IMG/VR virus record: IMGVR_UViG_2663762783_000006
Location: 1 to 64,000 of that record
DNA length: 64,000 bases
Origin: a virus
Lineage: Duplodnaviria; Caudoviricetes
Reading direction: 5' to 3' (one strand)
This document shows positions 8,635 through 19,600 of the stretch, one piece after another. A program made the translations under genes and the position numbers. Each line of letters opens with the position of its first letter. The stretch's first letter is position 1. The notes beneath the pieces are model-generated. The model saw only the letters and a list, made by a program, of their open reading frames with translations, did not search any database and was not told the origin of the DNA.

Positions 8635-11613
8635 TTACTTGTGAATCACGATCAGGCGAGCATTCGCGCCGGTCGTGGCCAGCAGCTTTTTATCCATGAA
8701 CGTATTGGCACCCAGCTGCTCGACGTCTGCGCCGTGCTGGTCTAGCCACTCACGGAACTGCACGGCCTTGGCATCCTGGCCAATGAACACGCCTTCGCCC
8801 GCAATGGCCACCAGCCGCCCGCCAGGCTTAAGCATGCCGAACGCGCGCATGATGTGCGCGGCATCGCGGCGGTTGGAGAACGGTGGGTTCATGATAACGG
8901 CGTCATACTGCTTCTCAGGCGTGAAGCTATCGAAGTCATAATCGACAACGGTGTAGCCCTTGGCCGTGAGAATGTCGCGCAGCTGGCTGGATATCTCGAT
9001 CACGTCCACGTTCGCGCCCAGCGCCTTGGCCGCGTCAGCCAGGTTGCCGTTACCGGCTGACGGCTCTAGCACGTCATCACCCTTCTTTATGCCCGCCAGG
9101 CGCGCCATACGCTCGGCCTCGGCCTTGGGCGTGGGGAAGAAGTCGATACCGACCTTTTGCCCAAGAATGGCCCGCTCAGCCTTGGCTATCGGGTCCTCAG
9201 CGCGTGCGCCTTCCGCAAATTGCAGGTACTCAGCCAGGGCCGCGCGCAACTCCTGGTTGGTTGTAATGCCGATACGGCTTAGCCGGTTCAGCCTGGCCAG
9301 GGTTTCGACCTTGTACCAGCCAAGCTCGGCATCAGCCTCCTTCTTGCCGACCATGTCGCACAGCTGCTTATAGGTCTCCCAATCAATCAGCCGTGCATAG
9401 CGGATCTTTTCCGCAAGCTTGGGCGCGCCGCGCTTGCCTTTAATCAGCTCCAAGAGCTTGGCGCGACTGGTGCCGCCCCCTTCCATCGTCGGCTCTGGCA
9501 GCTTGGCGTAAGCAACGTGAGCGAGGTTGTACGGCTCCTTTTCTACCTTGTGAGCCTCATAGGAACTCATGCCGTGCGTCTTGTCCCGATGCGCCTCGTC
9601 ACGGGCATAGCGCAAGCGCTCCTGTAGGGCCTCAACAGCCGCTTTACTGTCTACGCCTGCCAGGTGCGGGGCCTTGCCCTGCTCGATAGCGTCTGCCAGG
9701 TTGTTAATGGTCAGGGCAATGGCGCGGTCTTTCTCGGCGCGCTCCATGATGCTAGCGGCCATGCTGGCTCGACGGTGCGTATTGGTTAGCCGGTCGGCAT
9801 TGATTTCACTCTCAGCGCGGGCCAGCGTGCTGGCGGCGACCTGGCGCAGCTTGGCAACTTGCTCGGTCTTTTTGCGCTCGGCCCGCTCCTGCTCATTGGC
9901 CAGGCGGTCGGCTTCGGCTTGCTGGCGCTTGCGTTCGGCCTCGGCAGGGTCTACCGGCTCGGCGGGCGCAGTCTCGGCAGGCGCAACGCCCATCGACTCC
10001 AAGTGCTTTTCACGAATGAAATACCCGCCGTCCTTCTTGAACGTGTATTCATCGATAGCCTTGGCCTCGGCATAGCTCAGGTCCTTGCGCACAATGCCGC
10101 GCAGAGTCTTGCCGCGCCCTGTTACGTGCTCGATGACCTCATAGGCAGGCGTGCTGGTCTCGGGCTCGGGCTCAACCTCGGGCGTTGGAGCGGGCTCGTC
10201 GGTCTTTTCCTCTCTGCCAGGCCAAGGCAGCTTCTTGAGTTTGGCCGCCTCCTCATAGCCGCCAATGTTTGCTACGGCAGGGTTATAGAGCACAACCGTG
10301 ATAGCGCCTGGTTGCAAAATCCAGCCTTCTGGCGAGTTGGGCTCAACGAACGCCACACCGTCATAACCGGCATCGACTACGCGCTGGCGCAGTTCGTTAC
10401 CGTTAGTGATGTTTGTCACCAGCGCCAGCAAGTCTGCCGGTGCATCAGGGCCGGTTAAGTCGATCACGCGCGCTGCTGCGGACAGGGACACATCCAGGAC
10501 GACACCGCCATCCTCTAAAATTCGCTCCTCCTCCGTGCCGCTGCCTTCCTCAATCTTGGTAAGCATCTTGACAGCAGACGCGCCCGCAAAGAATCGGGCA
10601 TAGCCACGCTGGTCGGTCGTCAGGTAGAAGCCTGCACCCTGGTGGTCGAAGTTGCCGCCTTTGCGATGGCCTGTTTCGTACTGCGTAAACGGCAGGCCAG
10701 TGCCGTGATACAGCGGGCGCGGGGCGAATAGCGGGTACTCTGGCGCAGCTGTAGGTTCCTGGCTCTGCCGCCATTCGATATAGCGGTTTAGCTTGGCTCT
10801 AGTGTCGGCAGTCTGCCTTGCCCCTTCGGCGGCCACGGCTGGCGCAGTACGACGCCCGCCGTCGCTCATCTCGCGGCGGGCAGCGCGTTGCAGTGACTCT
10901 ATATCTCCACCTAGCTTGTCACGCATAGCGATAAGCTCAGGCAAGCTTAAATGCTTCCAGCGAGCTTGCGACTCGGCAAGCTCGTCGCGGTTGGCCTTCT
11001 CGAATCGCTGCTCAGCCGTCAGGCGATCCTCCGGCCTGGCCTTCCAGTAGGCTTGCGTTGCGCGCTCGACCGCGTCGGCCTTAGAGTTGGCGGTAAAGAA
11101 GCCGCTAGCCTCTATGCTGTGCTTGTACTTCCAGGTATCGCCCCATTGTTTGAGCAAGTTCAAGTCGATCAGCTCGGCTTCGGAGACCTGTGCAGGCGTC
11201 TCCTTTTCTGCGCGCGCCTTGTCTTGCAGCTTGTACGTGACGGCCCAGGACAGGGCCTCAAGCTTCTTACGGCCTTTCTTGTCGTAGAGGTTAATGGTCG
11301 GCTGACCATTTTCCAGGTAGCGACCTTTCTCGTCTCGCGGGTTTAGGTGCTCGCGCTCAACCTGCTCGCGCAGCTGCTTAAGCTGGTCTAGTGAGTAGTC
11401 CGAAAGCTTGACGGCGTCCCAGCCAAAGTTTTTAAGCCGCTCCGGCTCAGGCTCAACCGGCTTAGGAGCCTGGCCACCCAGCTGCTGTATCAGCATTGTG
11501 ATACGGCGGGCGATCCCGACACGCGCCAGCGCGGAAGCCCCGCTAAGGGCCTCCTTCTCTTTGGCAAGCTCAGCAGACAGACGAATCCGCTGCATTACAG
11601 ATAGGTCTGTCAT
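8635..11613 (-). CDS. Polyvalent protein: ART-like (ADP-ribosyltransferase) domain plus C-terminal N6-adenine DNA methyltransferase
   Basis: LYHGT...GAGFYLT...GYDGV (ART-PolyVal type); FFPTP, VLEPSAGNG and NPPF methyltransferase motifs. Confidence 0.8.
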   Translation of the reverse strand: MTDLSVMQRIRLSAELAKEKEALSGASALARVGIARRITMLIQQLGGQAPKPVEPEPERLKNFGWDAVKLSDYSLDQLKQLREQVEREHLNPRDEKGRYLENGQPTINLYDKKGRKKLEALSWAVTYKLQDKARAEKETPAQVSEAELIDLNLLKQWGDTWKYKHSIEASGFFTANSKADAVERATQAYWKARPEDRLTAEQRFEKANRDELAESQARWKHLSLPELIAMRDKLGGDIESLQRAARREMSDGGRRTAPAVAAEGARQTADTRAKLNRYIEWRQSQEPTAAPEYPLFAPRPLYHGTGLPFTQYETGHRKGGNFDHQGAGFYLTTDQRGYARFFAGASAVKMLTKIEEGSGTEEERILEDGGVVLDVSLSAAARVIDLTGPDAPADLLALVTNITNGNELRQRVVDAGYDGVAFVEPNSPEGWILQPGAITVVLYNPAVANIGGYEEAAKLKKLPWPGREEKTDEPAPTPEVEPEPETSTPAYEVIEHVTGRGKTLRGIVRKDLSYAEAKAIDEYTFKKDGGYFIREKHLESMGVAPAETAPAEPVDPAEAERKRQQAEADRLANEQERAERKKTEQVAKLRQVAASTLARAESEINADRLTNTHRRASMAASIMERAEKDRAIALTINNLADAIEQGKAPHLAGVDSKAAVEALQERLRYARDEAHRDKTHGMSSYEAHKVEKEPYNLAHVAYAKLPEPTMEGGGTSRAKLLELIKGKRGAPKLAEKIRYARLIDWETYKQLCDMVGKKEADAELGWYKVETLARLNRLSRIGITTNQELRAALAEYLQFAEGARAEDPIAKAERAILGQKVGIDFFPTPKAEAERMARLAGIKKGDDVLEPSAGNGNLADAAKALGANVDVIEISSQLRDILTAKGYTVVDYDFDSFTPEKQYDAVIMNPPFSNRRDAAHIMRAFGMLKPGGRLVAIAGEGVFIGQDAKAVQFREWLDQHGADVEQLGANTFMDKKLLATTGANARLIVIHK

Positions 11614-14138
11614 TCCATGTCCTCCAGTATCTCGGAGACACGAGCGACAATCTCGTCCTCCTCCTCGGGCGAGTCAAAAAAGCAAATAGGGATTAGCTCC
11701 ATGACGCGCTGCGCCATGCGGGTACGGTCTGCGCCAGGGCTCGATTCGCGCAGGTTGCGCAGCACGTTGGCCAGCTCCTGGTTGGGCTCCATTGCGCCGA
11801 AAATTGAATCCAGTAGCGCAGGGTTGGCGCTGGCCTTCTCGAATACCTGCTCCGAACGGATGGCGTCGAAAAAGGCGTCGAACGCCTCATTGATGCGCGT
11901 TCGCTCCTCGCCCTCGGGATAGGGGTTCCACTGGATGCCCAGCAGCGCATCGTAGTGGTACTTGTTATCGGCGTAGATGCTCAGGTAGTCGTTTTTGCGG
12001 CCATCCTTGGCTAGCTTGTCCTCCAGATAGCTCTGGAAGGCCCGCGCGGCCAACTCGTGAGGCTCTGACCAGTATTTACCCTCTGAGCCGCCATCCAGGC
12101 GGACGGCCTCATAATAAAAGCTCGATACAGGGCGTCCGGTTTTGACCTGCACGTAATCTTCGCCATCGGGCGCGTAGTAGGCAGCGGCCAGCGTCACCCA
12201 GGCTTTGCAGTTGGCAATAGAGCGCTTGTCGTTGCGGTCCATGAAGTAGTCACGGATACCCTTGATAGCGGCCTCTGCATTGCCTGCATTCTTGATCGTG
12301 CGGGCCAGGCCGTTTGGGCTATACCCGTCAACGTTGTGCCTGGCGCGGGCGCGGTCCTTTTCCGTCACCTTGAACGTTTCTGTTAGGCGCTTATCACCAC
12401 TGCGGAAGACGCCGCTTAACCGAATCATGGCATCCTGCACCACGCCTGGCGGTAAAGCGGACGGGTTAGCGCTGGCATAGTTGCGCGCCGGTCCCGCCTG
12501 GCCGGTCATCAGCTCCGCCAGCATGTCGTCGATGGCGTGGAAATACTCGTGGCCCAGCGCTCCGCCGCCGCCCATCTTCGTCAGGTTGATAACGCGGTGT
12601 ACCGACTCATAGTGCGCCCGCGCTGCGCCGCCAAAGCCTGCGTTACCCTGCCCGCGCGCGCCGAATGCCATTGCCAGGCGACCGCCCAGGCCCACAGCCT
12701 TGGCATCGATGCCCAGGATATCGGACAGGTCAAGCATGGCCGCTGCGGTTTGCTCAGTGTGGAATTTGGCGCTATTGGGGTCTTTCTGCACCCAATTGCC
12801 GGTCTGCACGTCGCGGAAGTTGAGCAGGTCCTTAAGCGCGAAGGTTGAATCGACACTGACCTGGCGGCCACCGATACGCTCGTAACGCTCGGCAACCTTG
12901 AGCTGGAAATTGATCTCCTGGCGCTTGGCCCGCTTAACGACGGTGCGCTCCTTTTCCGACCAGCTCCAGTCAGTGATTTTCCCGTTCTTGGCGCGGGTCA
13001 CATGACTGGCGAACGCATCAGAGCCCTTGTAACTGCGCCAATGCAGCAGCCCGAAAAAGCGCTCGCCAAAGGTCAGCCATCCGCGCGTAAGCTCGGATTC
13101 AAGAATGTTGCGGGTCTTGGCCGCCTCGGTAATGGCGCGCTGCTGCCGGTACAGGTCCTGTATCTGCCCATTGATTCCGCCAGAGAGGCGAATCGACCGG
13201 CCATTCTCGTCAGCCTTGGTCTCGTAAACATCCTTGTATTCAGGGTTAGCTTTATCCCAATCGATCAGCGCGTTTGTAGCGGCTTCAACAGCAGGCGTCA
13301 GCTTGTCGATATTGGCTTGCAGCTCGGGGTCTGGCTTCCACTTGCGACGAATGCGCGAATCCTGCTGGCGCTGGTACTCCCACAGGTCGCCGCGCACAGT
13401 GCTTAGGGCGTTTTCCAATACCGCTCGATCAGCCTTGAGCGCGCGCAGCTTCGCCGAAAGCGCGCCTATCTGGTCTTGTAGCGCCCGATAGTCGTCCGAC
13501 TCCTCGGCATTGAGCTGCACACCCGAAAGCTCGTCCTTGATCTCCTCCAGCACGTCGGTAACTTCGCCAGGCGTGCGGCAGGTCTCCAGGCGGTCACGGA
13601 TCGTCTGCAAGGCCGTGGCGTAGTCCTTGCGGGCGCGCGGCGTGTCAGCGCTTGGCTGCGGCGCGATAGAGGCATAGATACGGTCAATCAGGAACCCAGC
13701 AGCAGGGTCCATGCCGTCAGTCTTAAGCGCCTCCCAATCGACCTGCCCGAATAGGTTGCTTTTTACAATCAGCTCGGTCGCCAGGCGCGGGTTTTGCTCG
13801 ATAGCAGACCAGTCCAGGTCGGTCGCCAGCAGGCGAGCACCAGAGTCGCGCGCGGCCCGAATTTGGTCCTGCGCAAGCTCCTTGCGGCTGGCAGCGATAT
13901 AGCCGGTATCACGATAGCGGTAGTTAGGGGCGCTAGGGTCGTCAGATAAGCCGTCGTCCTCGACGTCTGCCGCTGGCGCATTCATGCCCAGGCGCTCCAT
14001 AAGCTCGACCGCATCACGAGAGACGCGCACGCGCTCCAGTGGCTTCAAGTCGCTATTGAGCTGCTTGGTCTTGGCGGCAAGCGCGCCGTTAATGCGCACC
14101 CGCTCAAGCGGCGTTATCGCCGCGTCTAAGATAAACAT
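11610..14138 (-). CDS. Polyvalent protein with zincin metallopeptidase and LPD1-like domains
   Basis: AFGARG...AHYE...INLTK...GHEYFHAID; KYWSEPHELAARAFQSY...YPEGEER; start MFILD at 14138. Confidence 0.8.
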   Translation of the reverse strand: MFILDAAITPLERVRINGALAAKTKQLNSDLKPLERVRVSRDAVELMERLGMNAPAADVEDDGLSDDPSAPNYRYRDTGYIAASRKELAQDQIRAARDSGARLLATDLDWSAIEQNPRLATELIVKSNLFGQVDWEALKTDGMDPAAGFLIDRIYASIAPQPSADTPRARKDYATALQTIRDRLETCRTPGEVTDVLEEIKDELSGVQLNAEESDDYRALQDQIGALSAKLRALKADRAVLENALSTVRGDLWEYQRQQDSRIRRKWKPDPELQANIDKLTPAVEAATNALIDWDKANPEYKDVYETKADENGRSIRLSGGINGQIQDLYRQQRAITEAAKTRNILESELTRGWLTFGERFFGLLHWRSYKGSDAFASHVTRAKNGKITDWSWSEKERTVVKRAKRQEINFQLKVAERYERIGGRQVSVDSTFALKDLLNFRDVQTGNWVQKDPNSAKFHTEQTAAAMLDLSDILGIDAKAVGLGGRLAMAFGARGQGNAGFGGAARAHYESVHRVINLTKMGGGGALGHEYFHAIDDMLAELMTGQAGPARNYASANPSALPPGVVQDAMIRLSGVFRSGDKRLTETFKVTEKDRARARHNVDGYSPNGLARTIKNAGNAEAAIKGIRDYFMDRNDKRSIANCKAWVTLAAAYYAPDGEDYVQVKTGRPVSSFYYEAVRLDGGSEGKYWSEPHELAARAFQSYLEDKLAKDGRKNDYLSIYADNKYHYDALLGIQWNPYPEGEERTRINEAFDAFFDAIRSEQVFEKASANPALLDSIFGAMEPNQELANVLRNLRESSPGADRTRMAQRVMELIPICFFDSPEEEDEIVARVSEILEDME

Positions 14139-14169
14139 AGGGAGTAATCGCCACGTTAAACAGTGGCTC

Positions 14170-14210
14170 ATACTCCCCTAGTTAAAGACTGCCTTTCGGC
14201 GAGGCTTTCC
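14170..14210 (-). promoter_or_regulatory. Putative late promoter GGAAAG-N29-GAGTAT
   Basis: Motif family member. Confidence 0.6.
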
Positions 14211-14214
14211 GGCG

Positions 14215-14526
14215 CTACGCCGTCTTGGTCAGGTCCGACAAGGTGCGGTCGTACAGCTCGCTCGTCATGCTAATTGTAGTCTCTGCATCCGGCATGACGG
14301 AGATTCCGTAGCGGTCGGCTTCGATCAGGGTCAGCAGGTCTACCGGCTGGACATTTTCAGCCGATAGCAGTCGCCCAAACCGGCCCGTTTGCACGGTCAT
14401 GTCCAGGTAGTCGGCAAAATAGTCAATGGCAGACTGCTTGCCCGAATACTCGACCGGCGCGCTTTCATCCTCGGCCCACTGCGCGCAAGCGACGCCGTAG
14501 GGGGTCAAAATATCGTACTTCGTCAT
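14215..14526 (-). CDS. P1 Hxr-like small protein
   Basis: About 100 aa acidic protein directly after the DdrB-like gene; TGRFGRLL recalls Hxr. Confidence 0.55.
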   Translation of the reverse strand: MTKYDILTPYGVACAQWAEDESAPVEYSGKQSAIDYFADYLDMTVQTGRFGRLLSAENVQPVDLLTLIEADRYGISVMPDAETTISMTSELYDRTLSDLTKTA

Positions 14527-16466
14527 TCATTTTCTCCCCGTTCTTGGCGCAGGTATTTGGCCAGCGACGTAATGCTTTTACGCGGATTGCGCACACCGTC
14601 GCCTACAAAGAGCGCTTGGTACGCATTATAGGGCGTCAGGCCCATGTTACGGCAGTAGCAGATTAGCACCTTGACCATATCAAGCGAATCGTGAATCGTT
14701 GCGCGCATTGGCGAAGAATCGTTATTGAATGGCATATGCAGCACCATATAGCCCTTGCTTGCTCGCTTGGTAGCCTCGTTGCGGAACGATCCTGAAAACA
14801 CCCTATAGTCGCCGCTCTCACCCACAAACGTAGCGCGCGACTTCTCGCCCAGCACGGTACGCTTGAGGTAGTAAGTGATGCTCCCGTAGTCCTCCTGCAT
14901 AACGTCCCACCAGTCGGTTTTATCAAGCGTCACCTCGGCGGCCACGTACTTGATATCCTTGGTAATCTGCTTTTCAAGTCTTGCAGCCTCCCTGGCTTCT
15001 TCGGCGGCCTTTTCGCGCAGGGCCTTAACATGCTCCTCCTGGTAGTCGCGCCTGGCCTGCATGACGGGCGTCAGCTCGCTGGTGAGATAGCCCGATACCA
15101 GCGCGAACATTTCAGGGTCTAGCGCTGCAAGCTTGGCGGCATCGGTCGGCGTGGCCAGCATCTCAATGCCCATCGAAAAGACTTCGGTAAGTCCGCCAGG
15201 GTAGATTTTGCCGATATAGGGATGCAGGAAACTATCCTTGTACGCGATTTCGTCCGCATTGAACTGGTCTGTGTTCATTAGGGAGTTAATCGTGTAACGG
15301 GTCGTGCTCTCGCGGCGCTTGACTAGAAAGCCATTAGCAGCGGCCATTGCGATAGGGTCGGATTCGATCAGGTGAGAAAGCTCATGGAACAGGGTTTTGC
15401 GGTCAAAGCGCGCGCCTACGTTAATGCGCTTCTCGCCTGCCAGCGACTCTATATTCTCGGCATGGGCGCGGGCATCCGAAAATATAAACGTGACCGCTGA
15501 AACCTTGCCGCCAGTGAGCCGGTAATAGTCCGCCATGTCCGCAAGAAACGCCTCCCTTGCGTACCCCGCCCGACTCATGGCGTCGGCGGCGGCCTTCTCA
15601 ATCACCTGGCTGGCTGCCCAGCTCTCGGCCTGTGCCTGCGTGACCGGAGAGGCCGCTCTAATCGCGTCCAGGACGTGTTCACCCTCCGACGCTACCTGGT
15701 CACGCGCCTGGCGCTTGTAATCCTCCAGAGTCGCGCCGTAGGCGTCCCACTGCGCTTTCATCTCGTCATGGTCGGCGCGGTAGCGGTCCTCATGGGCCTG
15801 GCGCTGCTCAATGATCTTAGCAATAAGCGCTTTGCTTGCCTCACTGCCGTCATGCTCCCTTAGCAGGCGGCGGTGCTCCTCCAGTAAGGCTGCCGACTCC
15901 TCTTTAAAGTTCGCATTGCGGGCCTTGATGGCCTCATACAGGCGCATGTACTCAGGGTCAGCCATTGGGCTCTTTTGCATACGCGCCAGGGCATCATTGA
16001 TCTGACCGGCCACCGCCTCGCTGTGAACGCCCGTTATCACGCCACGGCCTGCATACTCGTTATAGGCCGCCTCATAGAGCGCATCGCGCGCGCCTGGCTC
16101 CTTGACTGCCTGGCGCGCAATAGCTGCCGCCTGCGTGGCCGCCTCACTCGCGCCAAGGTATGACGCCATGTTAGCCAGGTTATGGGCCTCAAACGGCACC
16201 AGGGCGCTTGGCAGCTCATGCAGACCGCTGGCAAGGTACGCTTCAAGGCTGGCGCGTGCCGTTTCCTTGTCGCCATAGGGTAGCGTGACCGTAGCAGGCG
16301 GCGCGCCTGCCGATACGCCAAGCTTGTCCAGCAAGGCAACCGCTTCACGCGCCAGGCGTAGGCGCTCCAGAGCCTTGAGTTGCCCCTTAAGCAGCATCGC
16401 AAGCTTTGCCAGTGCGCCGCCAATCTTTACCCGCTCGCGCGGCGAAACTGAATCCAGTAGATACAT
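14523..16466 (-). CDS. DdrB-like head protein with HExxH metallopeptidase-like domain
   Basis: LFHELSHLIE...YIGKIY...TEVFSMG; synteny darA-ddrB-hxr. Confidence 0.7.
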   Translation of the reverse strand: MYLLDSVSPRERVKIGGALAKLAMLLKGQLKALERLRLAREAVALLDKLGVSAGAPPATVTLPYGDKETARASLEAYLASGLHELPSALVPFEAHNLANMASYLGASEAATQAAAIARQAVKEPGARDALYEAAYNEYAGRGVITGVHSEAVAGQINDALARMQKSPMADPEYMRLYEAIKARNANFKEESAALLEEHRRLLREHDGSEASKALIAKIIEQRQAHEDRYRADHDEMKAQWDAYGATLEDYKRQARDQVASEGEHVLDAIRAASPVTQAQAESWAASQVIEKAAADAMSRAGYAREAFLADMADYYRLTGGKVSAVTFIFSDARAHAENIESLAGEKRINVGARFDRKTLFHELSHLIESDPIAMAAANGFLVKRRESTTRYTINSLMNTDQFNADEIAYKDSFLHPYIGKIYPGGLTEVFSMGIEMLATPTDAAKLAALDPEMFALVSGYLTSELTPVMQARRDYQEEHVKALREKAAEEAREAARLEKQITKDIKYVAAEVTLDKTDWWDVMQEDYGSITYYLKRTVLGEKSRATFVGESGDYRVFSGSFRNEATKRASKGYMVLHMPFNNDSSPMRATIHDSLDMVKVLICYCRNMGLTPYNAYQALFVGDGVRNPRKSITSLAKYLRQERGENE

Positions 16467-16495
16467 AGAGTAATGGCCAGGTTAATCAATGGCTC

Positions 16496-16536
16496 ATCAT
16501 CCACCAGGCTGTGCAAGTGGCTTGCGTTCACTTTCC
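16496..16536 (-). promoter_or_regulatory. Putative late promoter GGAAAG-N29-GATGAT, overlapping a 13-bp palindrome
   Basis: Motif family member. Confidence 0.6.
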
Positions 16537-16543
16537 GGCAGGC

Positions 16544-16574
16544 AAAAAAAAGGCCCGCCATACAGCGAGCCTTT
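16544..16574 (-). terminator. Rho-independent terminator after darA
   Basis: AGGCTCGC-loop-GCGGGCCT followed by a T run on the minus strand. Confidence 0.85.
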
Positions 16575-16628
16575 AATGTTTGGCTTTCCTTAGCCCGTCA
16601 CCAGTGAGCCATTAACGCCCGCTGGAAA

Positions 16629-19600
16629 TTACAGCGCTGCCTTGGCAGCTGCTACAACGGCGTCAGAATACGCCATTGCAGCTTGTTCGAACAGCGATTC
16701 TAGCTCGGAGTCGCCGCCCTCCCCTAAACCGAACTCACTAGCGATAGCCTCCAGGCGGTCAGCCAATGCGGTATCCATAAAGTCTACCTGGCCATCAATC
16801 ACGCTTTGCAGGTAGGCGCGCGCCTCGCCAGTGCGGTCGTCTTGCTCGTTCACAGTATTGTCCTCGGGTTCGGCAGCGGGCTCAGGTTGTGGTGCTGGCG
16901 CGGGCTCAGGCTCAGGCTCGGCAGGCTTGGCCAGAATTTCGATAACGCCCTCAGCATTGGTGCCCTTCGTCCACTCCTGCGTCATGACAAAGGCATTAGC
17001 CATCACAATCGCGTCGGCGTCGCTTTCGGTAATGTCCAGCTTTTCAGCCAGGCCGCTGATAATCGCCGCTTGCCAGTCGCTATGGGTCCGCTCGTCGGTC
17101 TTTTTAGCCTTGTCGCCCTCTACTCCATCGGGGCGCAGCGGCTCGATAATTGGAACGTCAGACTGCATGCGCATACCCATTACCAGTTGCCGCACCTTGC
17201 CGTCGTCAGATTCTGCATAAATTTGACCATCACGGCCCGAATTTGCTACGCAGGTCATCTTGAACGAGGCATAGCCAAGCTTTTGGAATGCGACCGCCAT
17301 GTCTAGCAGATAGCTGGCATTAATGAACGCAAACCTATCGCCAATCTCGACACGCACGCCCATGAACTTAAGCACGGTTACATAGCGTAGGGCCTTCAAG
17401 GCCGCGCGAGCATAGGCCGCCACGCGCTTAGACGTAAATCGGCGCAGCTCACCACTGCGAACAGACGTCGGCATGACGCGCGACCAATCAGGATAGCGGC
17501 CTTCGATCCAATTGCCTTTCTCGTCAACAACGGTATAGCCCATCTGTTTGGCTACTTCCGACTTTTTCGGAACGCCAGCCAAGTCCACATCGCTAATCAC
17601 CATCATCCGATGACCGTCAGTAGATACGATCAGCTTGCCCGCCTCGTCAACGTGTACGCCGTTCAGGTAGGAGCGAATGTCTTTCTTGGCCGCTGTATCA
17701 AATGCGACCTTGAAGCGGTCAGCAGGACTCTTGGCCTCTTTAACATTCTTCTCGATAGGCGTAAGGGCTAGATTTGTAATGCCCTCTATTTCAATCACGT
17801 TGCGACTGCCCTTAGCGCCTGCTGGCGGAAGCGGCTGCTTGGACAGGTCCCCCTCAAGAAAGGCTCGCGCAGCGGCCTGGTAGTCCACTGGATTTTCACC
17901 GTTCGGCTGGAAGCTGCCTGCCTTGAAGCGGCGGAGCGTGGCAGCAGCGTCATCATTGAGATTGCCAGCCTCAATACTGCCGATCTGACTAGGCTTAATA
18001 TTGAACAGGCGGTAAAAATCATTAGCCCACGGCTGGCCCGAAAGGTCTAGCGCGCCAGTTTTGACCGCGCCCACCATCATAACGTCAGTTTTGACAATAG
18101 CGTCATCACTCACTTGTTCGCGGTACAGCTCGCGCGCAGCTACAGCCAGCTCAGTCTTGGCCTTCTCGCGGGAGGAATTGAGCGTGCCCGTCAGCAGCTC
18201 CATAGCCTTGGTGCGGTCTTTCAGAATCTCATCACCCAGGCGAGCAATAAGCATGTCGCGTGTTACAACCTGGCTGCCTGCCTTGAGGCTATTGAGCACC
18301 CGGTAGTTCTCGACTGTTTCATCGACCTGCGCCAGCTGCTCGGGCGTCAAGTTGAGCGGATTAGATTCGTCCACAGCAGGCGGGGTCTCGGCTTCCGGCT
18401 CTGGCTGCGGCTCCGTCTCGCTGCCTCGCTTCGTAACGATGGCCTCCAACGCTTTATCGACCATCACCTTAATGGCCTCCTCGTCGGAACCCTGGCGCGG
18501 AACAGTACCCATTGAATCCTGGCCTTTCTCCTCCAAGACAAAACCCGCAAATGACTTGCCATTGCCCGACAAGCGAACTCGAATACCCAGGCCGTCTGCC
18601 GCAACGGCTCCGAAGTCGGTCACGTCACTAAACAGAGTCTTATACTCTTGAGGAATCAAGCGGCGAGCGATATCGGCAATCGTCTCAGGGTTGCGCGCGA
18701 CAGAAGCCTGGTGACTATCAATCATCTGCTGCTTAATGGCGTCGCGATTCTGCAAGGTCGCAGGAAGGGCCTGCTCCAGCTCGGACACAAAGGATTCGAG
18801 CGGGACGCGCGAAGAATCTGACACTCCATACTTTTGAGCAAGGTTTGCAAGAAATACAGCAACATCAAAGTCGGCCACCGGCTCAGGGTGCTCGGTTGCG
18901 CCTTGCTCACTGCCAGGCTGCGGCGGCTGAATAGCACGTTTGGCGGCCACCTTGGCTTCCAGGTCCTCGATTTCAGCATCCAGGGCGCGCAAAGTGTCCT
19001 CGTGCTGAGCAATCACGGTCTTGTTCGATTCAATGCTGGCCAGTCGCTCGGCGCGGGCCGTGTTGGCCTTGGCGAACTTGTCGCTATTCTTCTCGGCCAG
19101 CTTCATGACGCGGCGCGCCACTTCGCGCGGATTCAGGTCGCGGCCATTCTCGGGCGCAACCAGAATCGTGATATCACGCTTGTTTAGCAGCCACTTCCAG
19201 CTCACCAGCTCGTCGGTTGGTAGAATCTTGTTCGGCGTAGAGTCAGGGTTATGGAAGAAGATAGCCACGGTCTGGCCGTCGGACAGCTCAAACACCGCGC
19301 AAATGTTGGTTGTGCCTTTCTGACGGAATGGCCCAGTAATTTGCAGGCTGACCGGCTTAACCTTCTCGCCGACGCCTTCCATTACGCGCTGTATCTGCTC
19401 CATTTTGGTTTGCAACTTGGCGCTAACGACAACCAGAGCGTCAAGCGCAACCACGCCTTCGCTATCCTCCAGAATGTCAGCCACGCTGACCGCATCCAGC
19501 AGCAGCCCTTCGGTGTCCTCGCGGCGCAGACCATACAGCAAGGTCGCAAGGCTCGTGCTAACCGGCTCGGCGGCACTGTCCCAAATAATGTTTGTCATGT

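Noticed and set aside
8635-11613. Classical DarB
   Set aside because: The protein is only 992 aa and has no SNF2 helicase motifs.
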